Shown here piece by piece: positions 1-8,950 of a stretch of DNA of 23,000 nucleotides. Numbering within the stretch: the first letter of the stretch is position 1; each line of letters begins with the position of its first letter. A model generated the notes under the pieces. That model worked only from the letters and a program-made list of their open reading frames with translations, was not told the origin of the DNA and did not search any database. Made by a program: the position numbers and the translations under genes. The stretch lies in assembly GCA_046754105.1 (NCBI GenBank), contig JBHHVD010000051.1, positions 1 to 23,000 of the forward strand, in the 5' to 3' direction. The DNA is from Candidatus Krumholzibacteriia bacterium (GTDB taxonomy: Bacteria; Krumholzibacteriota; Krumholzibacteriia; WVZY01).

Positions 1-3
1 CCC

Positions 4-642
4 CTATTTCGCCGACGGCGCGTAGTACGGGTTTTGCCCGGATGCGTGATCGGTTGTATCGAGGATCTGTCCGACCTCGGGCACCTGATCCCGGAGCAGG
101 CGCTCGACGCCGTACTTCAGGGTGACGCTCACCATACCGCATCCCTGGCAGCCGCCCCCGAACTCGAGAAAGATGTTGTTGCCCTGCACGTCGAGCAATT
201 TCACGACGCCCCCGTGCGAGGCGACGGCGGGGTTGATGGAGGTATCGATCACATGCTGAACTCTTTCTCGCACCACTTCGGGGCCGGGCAGGGAACTGGT
301 AAACGAATCGGACACAGCCGGCACACGCGAGTCGATCTGGTCCCGGATCGCCGCCGCGATCTTCGAGGATAGCTCGGTCCAGTCGGGAGCGGTTTCGGTC
401 GTGAGGGTCACGGTGTTTCCGGCGATCAGCACTTCCGTCAGGTCGGCGATCTCGAAGAGGACGGCGGCCAGCGGCGAGCCGTCTGCATCGCGGCCCTTGG
501 AGAAGTACGCGCCGCCGTCGGGGTAGAGTGCGGGCTCGACGATGAAACGACATACATTGGCCTGGTTCCACGACGGCTCAACGGTCACGCGAATACGGCC
601 ACCGCCTTTGCCTCGCCAGCTGTAACTGAGTTCCTCGCTCAT
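4..642 (-). CDS. NifU/NfuA-family Fe-S cluster carrier (Nfu N-terminal scaffold-like domain + NifU C-terminal domain), 212 aa
   Basis: C-terminal INPAVASHGGVVKLLDV...FGGGCQGC (CxxC)...DTTDHASGQNPYY is typical of NfuA/NifU. Start reassigned from 963 to ATG 642, which follows an SD-like AAGGAG; the 963 extension looks non-coding and overlaps the upstream gene. Confidence 0.9.
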   Translation of the reverse strand: MSEELSYSWRGKGGGRIRVTVEPSWNQANVCRFIVEPALYPDGGAYFSKGRDADGSPLAAVLFEIADLTEVLIAGNTVTLTTETAPDWTELSSKIAAAIRDQIDSRVPAVSDSFTSSLPGPEVVRERVQHVIDTSINPAVASHGGVVKLLDVQGNNIFLEFGGGCQGCGMVSVTLKYGVERLLRDQVPEVGQILDTTDHASGQNPYYAPSAK

Positions 643-767
643 GCCCTTCTCCTTGGGGTTGGAACAGACACCGCGACCGGACGTCCATCCGCCGGGCCGT
701 CGCCCGGCACGGGCCGGCGCCGTATCGTGCAGCGACCGAACCGATGCGTAGATCGGATCCTTGCCCA

Positions 768-807
768 AACCTAGCGGATGGGGCGGCTGAATGCAAGCGA
801 AGTGCCC
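768..807 (-). promoter_or_regulatory. Candidate promoter(s) for the nfuA-like gene: sigma70-like TTGCAT-N17-TAGGTT (796-768) overlapping sigma54-like GGGCAC-N5-TTGCA (807-792)
   Basis: Both motifs read directly from the minus strand with canonical spacing (17 nt; GG-N10-GC). Motif match only. Confidence 0.4.
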
Positions 808-920
808 GGTCGCGCGGCATTTCCGTTTGCCCCGAGGCCGCCATGAAGTCGGGTTCCCACGGCCGCTCCCGCATGCCGTGCCGGGTGCCTGGCCATATCG
901 GCGTGGACGCCCGCACGGGG

Positions 921-2420
921 TCAAACGACGCCGAACTGGCGTCCGGTCGGCTCCGCTCAGCAAAACCAGTTTTCGCTAAGGCGCGGGGGCTTTACGCGGT
1001 CGGCCGGATAGAGGTCCGGCACGCCCGGCCGCGGCCCGGGCGTGTCAACGGCGTGGCGGGTCTCGGTCCCGGGGGCCGAGTGGGCCAGATGCTTTATGCG
1101 ATAGAACGTAACCGCCACGTCCTCTCCAGAGGCGGCGGCCTCCTCGGTGACACGGGCGACGTCGCGTTGCAGCGCGTCCATGCCGGGGTCGGGATGGCGC
1201 CACCGGTGTGTGAGGCGGTCGTGGTCCACACCTTCGAGGTGGGGTCGCATGGCGCGGGAGCGTACCAGCGGCGAGCCGGGGGGTACGAGCAGGCGAATCC
1301 CGTATTGCACCGGGTCTACGTGGTCGACCATGCCCGAGTCTTCGATCAGTCCCAGCAGGTCGCGATAGTCCACGATCGTATCCCAGGGGGTAAAGGGCAG
1401 AAGCGACGGGCGCAGCACGAGGCCCATGTCGCGGAACAATTCAATGAGGGCGACCACGTCCCGCCGGCAGTGGCCCTTTGCCAGGTTCGAGAGCGTGGCA
1501 TCGCTCAGTGACTCGATGGCGGAGACGACGAACGCACACCCCAGCTCGCGCAGCTCGCACAGGAGGGCACGCTGCGCAAGGAGATGCTCGACCTTGGCCG
1601 TATAGTCGAACGTCAGCGACGGGAAGCAGCCGTGCATCGCTCGGACCGTACGCCGGGCGTGCGTCGGCCCGTTCAGGAAGTCGGGGTCGCCGAACGTAAT
1701 ATGGGTGGCCCCCGAAGCTACGAGCTGCGAGATGTCGTCGAGCACCACGCCCGTAGGCGTCGCGAAAAACGCGCCTTCGTACACCGACGGGACGGGGCAG
1801 TGGAGGCAGAGGTGCTTGCAGCCGCGCGTGGTCGTCACGTACCCGACCTTGCGCCGTTCGCCGCGGTCGACCAGCGCAACATAGCGCTCCAGGGGCGGCA
1901 GTCCCTTGCGGCTCGGGACGAGTACGGTACGTTTCGTGCGCCGCGCGCCGCGCACTTCCGCGGCCACATCGGGCGGATGGGTGAACGGCCCCGTGTCACC
2001 GCCGTCGTGGAGGGCCGTGGACACCCGCACCAGGCCGTCCTCGAATTCGCCCCCGAAGCAGCTGTCGGCGACCGTCTCCAGCAGGTGTTCGGCGTTGAGA
2101 GCGGCGTAGAGTCCATAGAATGAAATATGACAGCGCGGGTTGACGCTGCGAACGCGTTGGGCGACGCGCATCCCGAGACGAAGCGCCGTATGCATGGGAA
2201 CGGAGATGCCCACGAGAGACGCGCGCCGGGCCTTCTCTGCGTCGAAAGACTCGACGGAAATATCCATCAGGTCCGGAAGGAATCCTTCCGCCTCGAGCCG
2301 CGCGGCCGCAACAGCGATACCCAACGGCTGCTGGCCCAGCTCGTAGCACGAGATGAGCAGGATATCCCCCGGTTGGCGCAGGCCGCGCGGCCGGGATCGC
2401 TGAGAAGACGTCGCACACAT
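921..2420 (-). CDS. CUAEP-tail radical SAM selenoprotein (N-terminal B12-binding-like domain, radical SAM core, Sec at residue 488 of 499)
   Basis: CxxxCxxC (RGCKHLCLHC) and N-terminal LLISCYELGQQP...ISVPMHTALRLG. The 3' end reads TGG TTT TGC TGA GCG GAG CCG ACC GGA CGC CAG TTC GGC GTC GTT TGA = WFC-U-AEPTGRQFGVV-stop, matching the CUAEP/CCAEP tail that names this family. Confidence 0.9.
927..943 (-). promoter_or_regulatory. Putative bacterial SECIS hairpin GACGCC-AGUUC-GGCGUC
   Basis: Perfect 6-bp stem starting 13 nt after the in-frame UGA. The 5-nt loop starts 20 nt after the UGA and has G in position 2 followed by U, consistent with bacterial SECIS geometry. Confidence 0.7.
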
Positions 2421-2429
2421 ACCACGGGC

Positions 2430-2458
2430 ATCATACTGAAAAGGGTGGCGTTTGACAA
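2430..2458 (-). promoter_or_regulatory. Sigma70-like promoter for the radical SAM gene, TTGTCA-N17-TATGAT
   Basis: 5/6 match at both hexamers with an exact 17-nt spacer; the -10 box ends 9 nt before ATG 2420. Confidence 0.6.
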
Positions 2459-2483
2459 CGGCGGGTGTTGGTGGGCGGCGCTC

Positions 2484-2510
2484 GGCAGAACTCGACTTCG
2501 AGCCCCGTCC
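2484..2510 (-). terminator. GC-rich hairpin immediately after the RND operon stop codon (possible terminator or stabiliser, no U-tract)
   Basis: Minus strand GG(A)CGGGGCTCG-AAGT-CGAGTTCTGCC pairs with G-U wobbles. Confidence 0.3.
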
Positions 2511-5500
2511 CTACGCGCCCGGGCCGCGCCGGATAATGCGGCGCCGCATGGCGCCGTAAAAGCGCCGCCAGACCCAGTTGCACCGGACCGACGCATAGTA
2601 GAGCGGCGGAATGGCTACCAGGATGAGGAGCGTGCTCGACGCGAGCCCGCCGATGGAGGCGAGGGCGAGGTTCTCCCAGATGTCCTTGTCCTGCGTTTCC
2701 CGAAAGTGGATGAGCAGTGGAGCGAGGCCGACGATGGTCGTGCCGCTCGTTAGAAGGATCGACCGCAGGCGTACGTGGGTACCTCGCGCGATAGCGCGCC
2801 GGAGGAGCGATGCACGTTCTGAGCCGGGCAGCTTCCACAGGTCGGTGCCACCGAGTTGTTTGCCGACGGCGGGGAACAGCGACGCCTCGGCCGACGGGTC
2901 GCCGCCGAGCCGGGTCTTCAACGTCAGTGCCGCCTCGCTGCGGAAACGGCTAAGCAGGAGAATCGAGTTGTTGACCACGATGCCGAAGAGCAGTATCAAC
3001 CCGATCCGGGCCGACGAATCAAAGGAAGAACTGGTCCACCAGAAGCCGTGGAACACTCCCACCAGCGCCATGGGCAAGGACATCAGCACCATGATCGGCA
3101 GCGAGATACTCTCGAAGAGCGCCGCTAGCACGATGAAAATGAAGACGATGGCGAGCACGAGCGCCAACAAGAGCTCTTCCTCCTCTTCTTCCGAGAAGAA
3201 CTCGCGGCGTGACTCCTCGGCGTCGTAGCCGTAGGGCAGGGTCATCGACTCGATCACCTTCTGAATGTACGCCTGACGCATCTGATCGGTGCCGATGTAC
3301 TCCCAGTTGAGATACGTGGAGTAGCGCTGGTCTTCTCGTGTGACCTCGCCCGAGAGGGGCACCGTCTCGATCGAGATGAGATCGGCGAGGCGCACGCTCT
3401 CGCCGTCTCGCGTCGTGATGAGCGTTTTGACCGCGTCGGAGTACTCCATTTCTTCGGAATCGCTGAACGATAGCTGCACGCGCTCGTTGTCACCTTCTAT
3501 AAGCATATTCCATGGAATATCTACCCCGAGCAGGCGGCGAATGCGGTTGACCACCTCTCCGACACTAAGGCCGTGCGTCGCGAGCCGGTTGCGATCTATG
3601 TCGATAACCACTTCCTCCTGTGATGCGCGACCGAACCGGGATCCGGTCGTGATACGGGCGTTCCGCACGCGGCGGTTGCGCTTGACCTGCACCAGCGCGG
3701 TCTCCGCGATTTCTTGCAAGCGGCGCGAGTTGTAGCCGGTCATCTTCACCAGGGAGTTGAGCGCCGATCCGCCGAATCCGCCGTTTATGTACGGGGTCTC
3801 CGAGAAACCCGCGATGTAGATCGCCATTCCCGCCAGCTTGTCGGCCTGGTCTACCAGCACCGTGCGGAAATAAATCGGCGTCTCGGATTCGAGGAGGTGC
3901 TCATCGAATTCGATTCGCATTACAGCCTGGTTGCCGAACGTCTGCGAGCGCATCCTCGCCCCGGCCGGAACGGGCAGGATCGCCGCCTCGAAGAGCGACA
4001 TTGTCTCCGAGGTCAGCGTGATGTCGGTGCCGGGAGGCATGCGTATGTAGACGAGCAGCTCCTCGATGTCGGGAAGACGCCAGAATCCACCCTTGACCAC
4101 CCGGGTCTTGTACACGTGCCCGCTCCACACGAAAAGACCCGCGAGCAGCGGCACCACGAGCCACCACAATCGCTGGTTCCATTGGCCGAAGCGTTCGAGC
4201 AGGGGCGGCTGCGAGTCGAGGTCGGGCAGGTCCTCGGCGAACCGGGCCAGTTTCCGCGGGTCGGTTACGTCGTTGGACCCGCTGGGCGAGCGCCGCACCA
4301 GCGGTACCGCCCACCCGCGGTGCAGCACCATCGGCACCCAGCCGAAGGCGACAAAGAGAGAGGCGCCGAGCGCAGTGGTGATGGAGACTCCCAGCGGTAC
4401 ATAAAACAACGCCAGCCGCCCGGAGAGGAAGATGAACGAGACGAACGCGACGATCGTCGTCAACGTCGTGGCCAGGATCGGGAAGAGCACGTCGCGGCTG
4501 CCGCCGATGATCGTCTCCAACGCAACTTTGAGCCTTGCACGGCGCGAAAGATCCGCCGCGTCCGCCCGATCCATGGCACCTAGACGGCGGTGGATCGCGT
4601 CGAGAACCAGTATGCTGTTGTCGAGAATCAACCCGAAGCAAACCGTGAGGCCGCTGATGGTGATGAAGTTGACCGATACGCGAAGAAAGTAGAAAAGGCT
4701 CAGCGAAATGACGACCGCAAAAACAATGGAACCGGTGATGATGGCCGTCAGGCGAATCTGCCTGAGGGAGATCGACAGCAGCAGGAACAGCAGGCCCAGG
4801 ATCACGAAAGACCGGTACACCAGCTCTCGCAGCTTGTCCTCGAGTTCATCTCCCTGGTCCTCATCGACGTCGAACGTGGCGGCAAACGGCACGTCTCCCT
4901 GCAGGCGGGGCAGGGCCTTGCGCAGAACCCGGCTCACGGCGACCGTGTTGGCGCCGCTTCGTTTATCCACCGAAATTTGAACCACGTTCCGGGCGTTGGT
5001 GCGCACAAAATACACGGGGTCTTCGAAATCACGCTCGACCGTGCCCAGCATGTCGAGGGTAAAGACGCGTTCTCCCCGGCGTGCGACGACCGCGGTTCGC
5101 ATCCGGCGAATGTCTACCGGGTCGCGGAGCGCGACGAGCTTTTCCATTCCTGCCTGCTGCACGACGCCGGCACCGCTCAGTTCGTCGAGCCGGTTAACGG
5201 CGGCGAATACCTCGTCAGGCGTGATCTCGTACAGGTCCAGCTTCTGGCGGTCGAGACGTATCTTGAGCAGCGGGCGGGCGCCACCCAGAACCCGCGCGTC
5301 GGCGACCCCCTCGAGTGCCAGCAACTGGGGCAACACCCAGGTTTCCGCCAGATCGCGCAACTGGTTGGGTGAGAGCTCCGATTCGAGGCTGAACGTAAAA
5401 AAGTTCTCGGTCTGAAACTCCTCGGGCACGTAGGGTAGAATCTGCGGCTGGCCGGCGTTGAGGGGGAGGTTGCGCCGCACCGAACCCAATTGCTCGTTGA

Positions 5501-5816
5501 GGTCGACGCGCGCGAAATCGATATTTATGTCCCTGCGAAACTTGATCTCGACCCGGGAGCGCCCCGCGTAGCTCGTCGATTCGATCGACTCGACCCCGTG
5601 GATTTTTCGAGCCGCCTCCTCGACGGGTATGGTGATGGAGCGTTGGACGGCCCTCGGAGATGCACCGTTCCAAAATGTTTGTACAGTTAGCGTTGGAAGC
5701 TTTATCTCAGGAATCGCTTCAATTTGGAGCCGCGGGATGGCGTACAAGCCCAGCAGCAGGAAAACGGCGAAGATCATCCACGTCGTCACCGGGTGGCGAA
5801 CGAAGAATCGGGTCAT
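2511..5816 (-). CDS. RND efflux permease subunit (AcrB/AcrD/AcrF family), second subunit, 1101 aa
   Basis: N-terminal FFVRHPVTTWMIF...IPEIKLPTLTV; TM4 GLILDNSILVLD; TM10 GIVVNNSILL; RLRSILLTSGTTIVGLAPL. ATGA overlap with the upstream permease gene. Confidence 0.95.
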   Translation of the reverse strand: MTRFFVRHPVTTWMIFAVFLLLGLYAIPRLQIEAIPEIKLPTLTVQTFWNGASPRAVQRSITIPVEEAARKIHGVESIESTSYAGRSRVEIKFRRDINIDFARVDLNEQLGSVRRNLPLNAGQPQILPYVPEEFQTENFFTFSLESELSPNQLRDLAETWVLPQLLALEGVADARVLGGARPLLKIRLDRQKLDLYEITPDEVFAAVNRLDELSGAGVVQQAGMEKLVALRDPVDIRRMRTAVVARRGERVFTLDMLGTVERDFEDPVYFVRTNARNVVQISVDKRSGANTVAVSRVLRKALPRLQGDVPFAATFDVDEDQGDELEDKLRELVYRSFVILGLLFLLLSISLRQIRLTAIITGSIVFAVVISLSLFYFLRVSVNFITISGLTVCFGLILDNSILVLDAIHRRLGAMDRADAADLSRRARLKVALETIIGGSRDVLFPILATTLTTIVAFVSFIFLSGRLALFYVPLGVSITTALGASLFVAFGWVPMVLHRGWAVPLVRRSPSGSNDVTDPRKLARFAEDLPDLDSQPPLLERFGQWNQRLWWLVVPLLAGLFVWSGHVYKTRVVKGGFWRLPDIEELLVYIRMPPGTDITLTSETMSLFEAAILPVPAGARMRSQTFGNQAVMRIEFDEHLLESETPIYFRTVLVDQADKLAGMAIYIAGFSETPYINGGFGGSALNSLVKMTGYNSRRLQEIAETALVQVKRNRRVRNARITTGSRFGRASQEEVVIDIDRNRLATHGLSVGEVVNRIRRLLGVDIPWNMLIEGDNERVQLSFSDSEEMEYSDAVKTLITTRDGESVRLADLISIETVPLSGEVTREDQRYSTYLNWEYIGTDQMRQAYIQKVIESMTLPYGYDAEESRREFFSEEEEEELLLALVLAIVFIFIVLAALFESISLPIMVLMSLPMALVGVFHGFWWTSSSFDSSARIGLILLFGIVVNNSILLLSRFRSEAALTLKTRLGGDPSAEASLFPAVGKQLGGTDLWKLPGSERASLLRRAIARGTHVRLRSILLTSGTTIVGLAPLLIHFRETQDKDIWENLALASIGGLASSTLLILVAIPPLYYASVRCNWVWRRFYGAMRRRIIRRGPGA

Positions 5817-8800
5817 GACACCGTCTCCTTGATCCGGTGTGTGACCTTGTAGAGGAGCGGCGTATACATCACGGTGAGCGACGTCGTCAGGAAGAGCCCC
5901 CCGATAATGGTAAGCGCCAGCGGGCGCTGCAGCTGTTCACCGCTGCCGATACCGATTGCCATCGGTACCATGGCCAGAATCGTCGTGGCGCTGGTCATGA
6001 GGATGGGGCGCAGCCGCAGGCGGCTTGCTTCCAGTATGGCCCCGTAGCCGTCCATGCCCTGGTTCCTCAGCCTGCGGATCGTGTCGATCTTGATGATGGC
6101 GTCGTTCACCGCGATCCCAATGAGCGCGACCATACCGATCATGGAAAGCATGTTGAGCGAGCCGCGGGACACGGCGACGGCGGTGACGGAGCCCGCCAAG
6201 CCAACGGGAATCACGGACGCGATGAGCAGCGGGTCGACGAAGGACTCGAACTGGGCGGCGAGGATCATGTACACGAGCAGGACCGCAAGCGCCATCGCCC
6301 ACCCGAGGTCGCGAAAACTGCGGGTCATCTCGCTGCGCTCCCCGCCGGAAACGATACGCACGCCCGGCGGGAGCTCCATCGCGTCGGCGATCGCCATCGC
6401 TTCTCTCCACGCCTCGTCGAGCGAGCCCCGCCTGAGGTCCGCGGAGATGGTCACCATGCGCTGCTGATTACGCCGCGTCAGCTCGCGGACCGGTGTCTCC
6501 TCACTCAAGTCGATGAACGAGCGCAGTGGTACCGTCTCGCCGGACACGAGCTGGATAGGCGAGTTGAGGGCGGATGCCAGATCACGGCGCTGGTCGCGAG
6601 GGATTCGCACGGAGATATCGATGCGCTGATCGACTTCGTTGAACGTCGTCGCCTCCACGCCGCGCACCCGGTTGCGGATCTCGCGGGCGACGCGGTCCGG
6701 ATCGAGGCCGTTGCGTACTATTTGCTCTGCGTCCAGGCGCATGACCAGGTTGGGGGTGCCGATGACGCGGTCGATGTGCGGATCGTCCACGGCATCCCGG
6801 TCGTCGAGACGGCTCATCAGCTCTTGTGCGTACTCCAGTGCCACGATCGGGTCTTCCGCGAGCACGCCGAGACTGAACGGCGCCTCGTCGGACGCCAGCA
6901 ACTCTCGCAGGCCGATGCCTTCCTCGTGAAAGACATACTGCAGGCCCGGCATTTTATCCAGCCGCTCTACCGCTTCGCGTTGTATTCGCAGCCCCTTGCG
7001 CCGGCCCCCGCGTCCAGGTTCGAGGATCACACGCAGCACGGCCGTGTTGGGCCCGCTGTACTCCTTGACCGCGGCCAGCGTGCGCTCGGTGCGGCCGACC
7101 TGGCTGAAGACTTTTTGCACGTCGGGGTCGCCTTCGAACCAGCTCGCCAGTCCGGCCACAGAGGCCGCCGTCTCCTCGAGCGGTGTGCCGCTGGGCAGCT
7201 CGAGGTCTATCTTCATGTCTCCCGAGCTGCGCTCCGGCATGAGGCTCCGTGGCAGCGTCGCGCCGAGCCAAGCCGCGGCCGCCAGACCGACCACCAGCGC
7301 TAGGAGCATGGGCGCCGGTCTCCTGAGGGCCGAAACCAGCGCGCGGTGATAGAGGCTGTAGAAGCGGTTGTAGAACGCGTCGAACAGACGAAACGGACCC
7401 CGGGGCGGCCGCGGGTTGTGAGAGAGCAGGCGTGCGGAGAGCATCGGTTGCAGGAGTAGTGCCGCGGCGACCGACACGATCATCGAGAACGTGACCGTCA
7501 GTGCCTGGTCGCGGAAGAACGCGCCGGCGATCCCCGGCACGTATACGACGGGGAAAAACACGGCCACCGTGGTGAGGGTGGCGGCGACAACTGCACGGGC
7601 GACCTCGCCCGTGCCCACTATCGCTGAATCGGCAACCATACGGCGGCGCGTCAGTTCCGACGCCGACGCCGGGGCGTCGCCGCTTGAGCCGAATCGCTCG
7701 TGCAGGTGGCGGTTGATGTTTTCGAGTACCACGATCGCATTGTCCACCAGCATGCCTGCCGCCAATGACAAACCACCGAGGCTCATCAAGTTGAGTTTGA
7801 CCTTTCCAAAGTAGAGCAGCGCGAAGGTGATAGAAATGGAAACAGGGATGGAAATGCCGACGACCACGGGACTGCGCAGGTTGTGCAGGAAAAGGAACAG
7901 GACGAGAAACGCCAGACCAGCCCCGGCGACTAACGACTGCACGAGGCCGTTGAACGAGGCGCGCACATAATTCGCGTCCCGGTAGACGAATTCGAATTGA
8001 AAATCGCCGTAGTCTTCAGACAGCACGCCCAGCGCACGGTCGATTTCCCTCGACACGAGAATCGTGTTGGCTTCCGGCTCTTTGTAAACGAGTATGGAAA
8101 CGACGGGCTGATCGCCGAGCAACGTTACGCCCTCGGCCTCTTTGACCGTGTCGATGACACGCGCTACGTCCGAAACGCGAACCGGCGAGCGCCCGACGCG
8201 GATGATATCGGTGGCCGCGATGTCATCGAGCGATTGATATTCACCGTCGATTCGCAGACTGAGGTGCAGGGGGCCCTGGCGGACTTTTCCACCGGGGAAC
8301 GAAATATTGCTGCGCACCAGGGCCTGCTGGATGTCCTCGATGGTCACCCCGTAGATGTCCATTTTCTTAACGTCGGGTTCCACCAGTATCTCGCGCTCGT
8401 CGCCGCCCACGACCTCCGCCTGGCTTACGCCGTCGACTTGCTGCAGAGCGGGCTTGACGACTTCGCGTGCGAACTCGGTGATCGATTCCATACGGCCGCC
8501 GTCGTCACCTCTCAGGGTCAGGATCGAAATGGGCCGCGACAGGGGGTCCCAGCGCAGGATCACCGGACGCTCGGCGCCTTCCGGGAAATCGTCCCGGAAG
8601 GCAACGCGGTCGACCGCCTCGCGCAGGTGCAGGTTGGCGAAATCCATCTGCGTACCCCACTCATATTCGACGGTGACGTTGGAAACGCCTTCCCTCGTCC
8701 GCGACACCACCCGCCGCACTCCCGACAGGGCCGTAACCACCTCCTCGATGGGTTGCGTAACGAGCCGCTCGAGATCCTCGGCAGGGATGTCCTCGTACGA

Positions 8801-8941
8801 AGTGATGACGGTCAGCCGCGGGTAGGTAATCGACGGCAGCAGATCGACGGGGAGGCGGCGGTAGCTCAGGGCGCCGATCAACACGAGGGCGAGAAACAAC
8901 ATGCTGATGGCAATCGGACGCTGGATGACGACGCGCAGCAT
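5813..8941 (-). CDS. RND efflux permease subunit (AcrB/AcrD/AcrF family), first subunit, 1042 aa
   Basis: IQRPIAISM...LPVDLLPSITYPRLTVIT; GMLVDNAIVVLENI; YMILAAQFESF; RLRPILMTSATTILAMVPMA; PLALTIIGGL. Confidence 0.95.
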   Translation of the reverse strand: MLRVVIQRPIAISMLFLALVLIGALSYRRLPVDLLPSITYPRLTVITSYEDIPAEDLERLVTQPIEEVVTALSGVRRVVSRTREGVSNVTVEYEWGTQMDFANLHLREAVDRVAFRDDFPEGAERPVILRWDPLSRPISILTLRGDDGGRMESITEFAREVVKPALQQVDGVSQAEVVGGDEREILVEPDVKKMDIYGVTIEDIQQALVRSNISFPGGKVRQGPLHLSLRIDGEYQSLDDIAATDIIRVGRSPVRVSDVARVIDTVKEAEGVTLLGDQPVVSILVYKEPEANTILVSREIDRALGVLSEDYGDFQFEFVYRDANYVRASFNGLVQSLVAGAGLAFLVLFLFLHNLRSPVVVGISIPVSISITFALLYFGKVKLNLMSLGGLSLAAGMLVDNAIVVLENINRHLHERFGSSGDAPASASELTRRRMVADSAIVGTGEVARAVVAATLTTVAVFFPVVYVPGIAGAFFRDQALTVTFSMIVSVAAALLLQPMLSARLLSHNPRPPRGPFRLFDAFYNRFYSLYHRALVSALRRPAPMLLALVVGLAAAAWLGATLPRSLMPERSSGDMKIDLELPSGTPLEETAASVAGLASWFEGDPDVQKVFSQVGRTERTLAAVKEYSGPNTAVLRVILEPGRGGRRKGLRIQREAVERLDKMPGLQYVFHEEGIGLRELLASDEAPFSLGVLAEDPIVALEYAQELMSRLDDRDAVDDPHIDRVIGTPNLVMRLDAEQIVRNGLDPDRVAREIRNRVRGVEATTFNEVDQRIDISVRIPRDQRRDLASALNSPIQLVSGETVPLRSFIDLSEETPVRELTRRNQQRMVTISADLRRGSLDEAWREAMAIADAMELPPGVRIVSGGERSEMTRSFRDLGWAMALAVLLVYMILAAQFESFVDPLLIASVIPVGLAGSVTAVAVSRGSLNMLSMIGMVALIGIAVNDAIIKIDTIRRLRNQGMDGYGAILEASRLRLRPILMTSATTILAMVPMAIGIGSGEQLQRPLALTIIGGLFLTTSLTVMYTPLLYKVTHRIKETVS

Positions 8942-8950
8942 GAAAAGGCC

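Noticed and set aside
795..835. GGCAAAC..GAAA (minus strand) resembling a c-di-GMP-I riboswitch P1/P2
   Set aside because: The tetraloop stem and the downstream GCAAA/receptor elements are missing.
880..923. Second UGA (921-923) as another Sec codon
   Set aside because: Only a weak 4-bp hairpin follows and the downstream peptide has no recognisable motif; a short tail after AEP fits the family.
643..963. 107-aa N-terminal extension of the NifU ORF in the track (start 963)
   Set aside because: Arg/Gly/Pro-rich sequence with no recognisable domain; it overlaps the Sec tail of the upstream gene, and ATG 642 has a good SD.
2452..2457. Perfect plus-strand TTGACA as an antisense promoter
   Set aside because: No -10 hexamer at 16-18 nt spacing; it overlaps the minus-strand -35 box.
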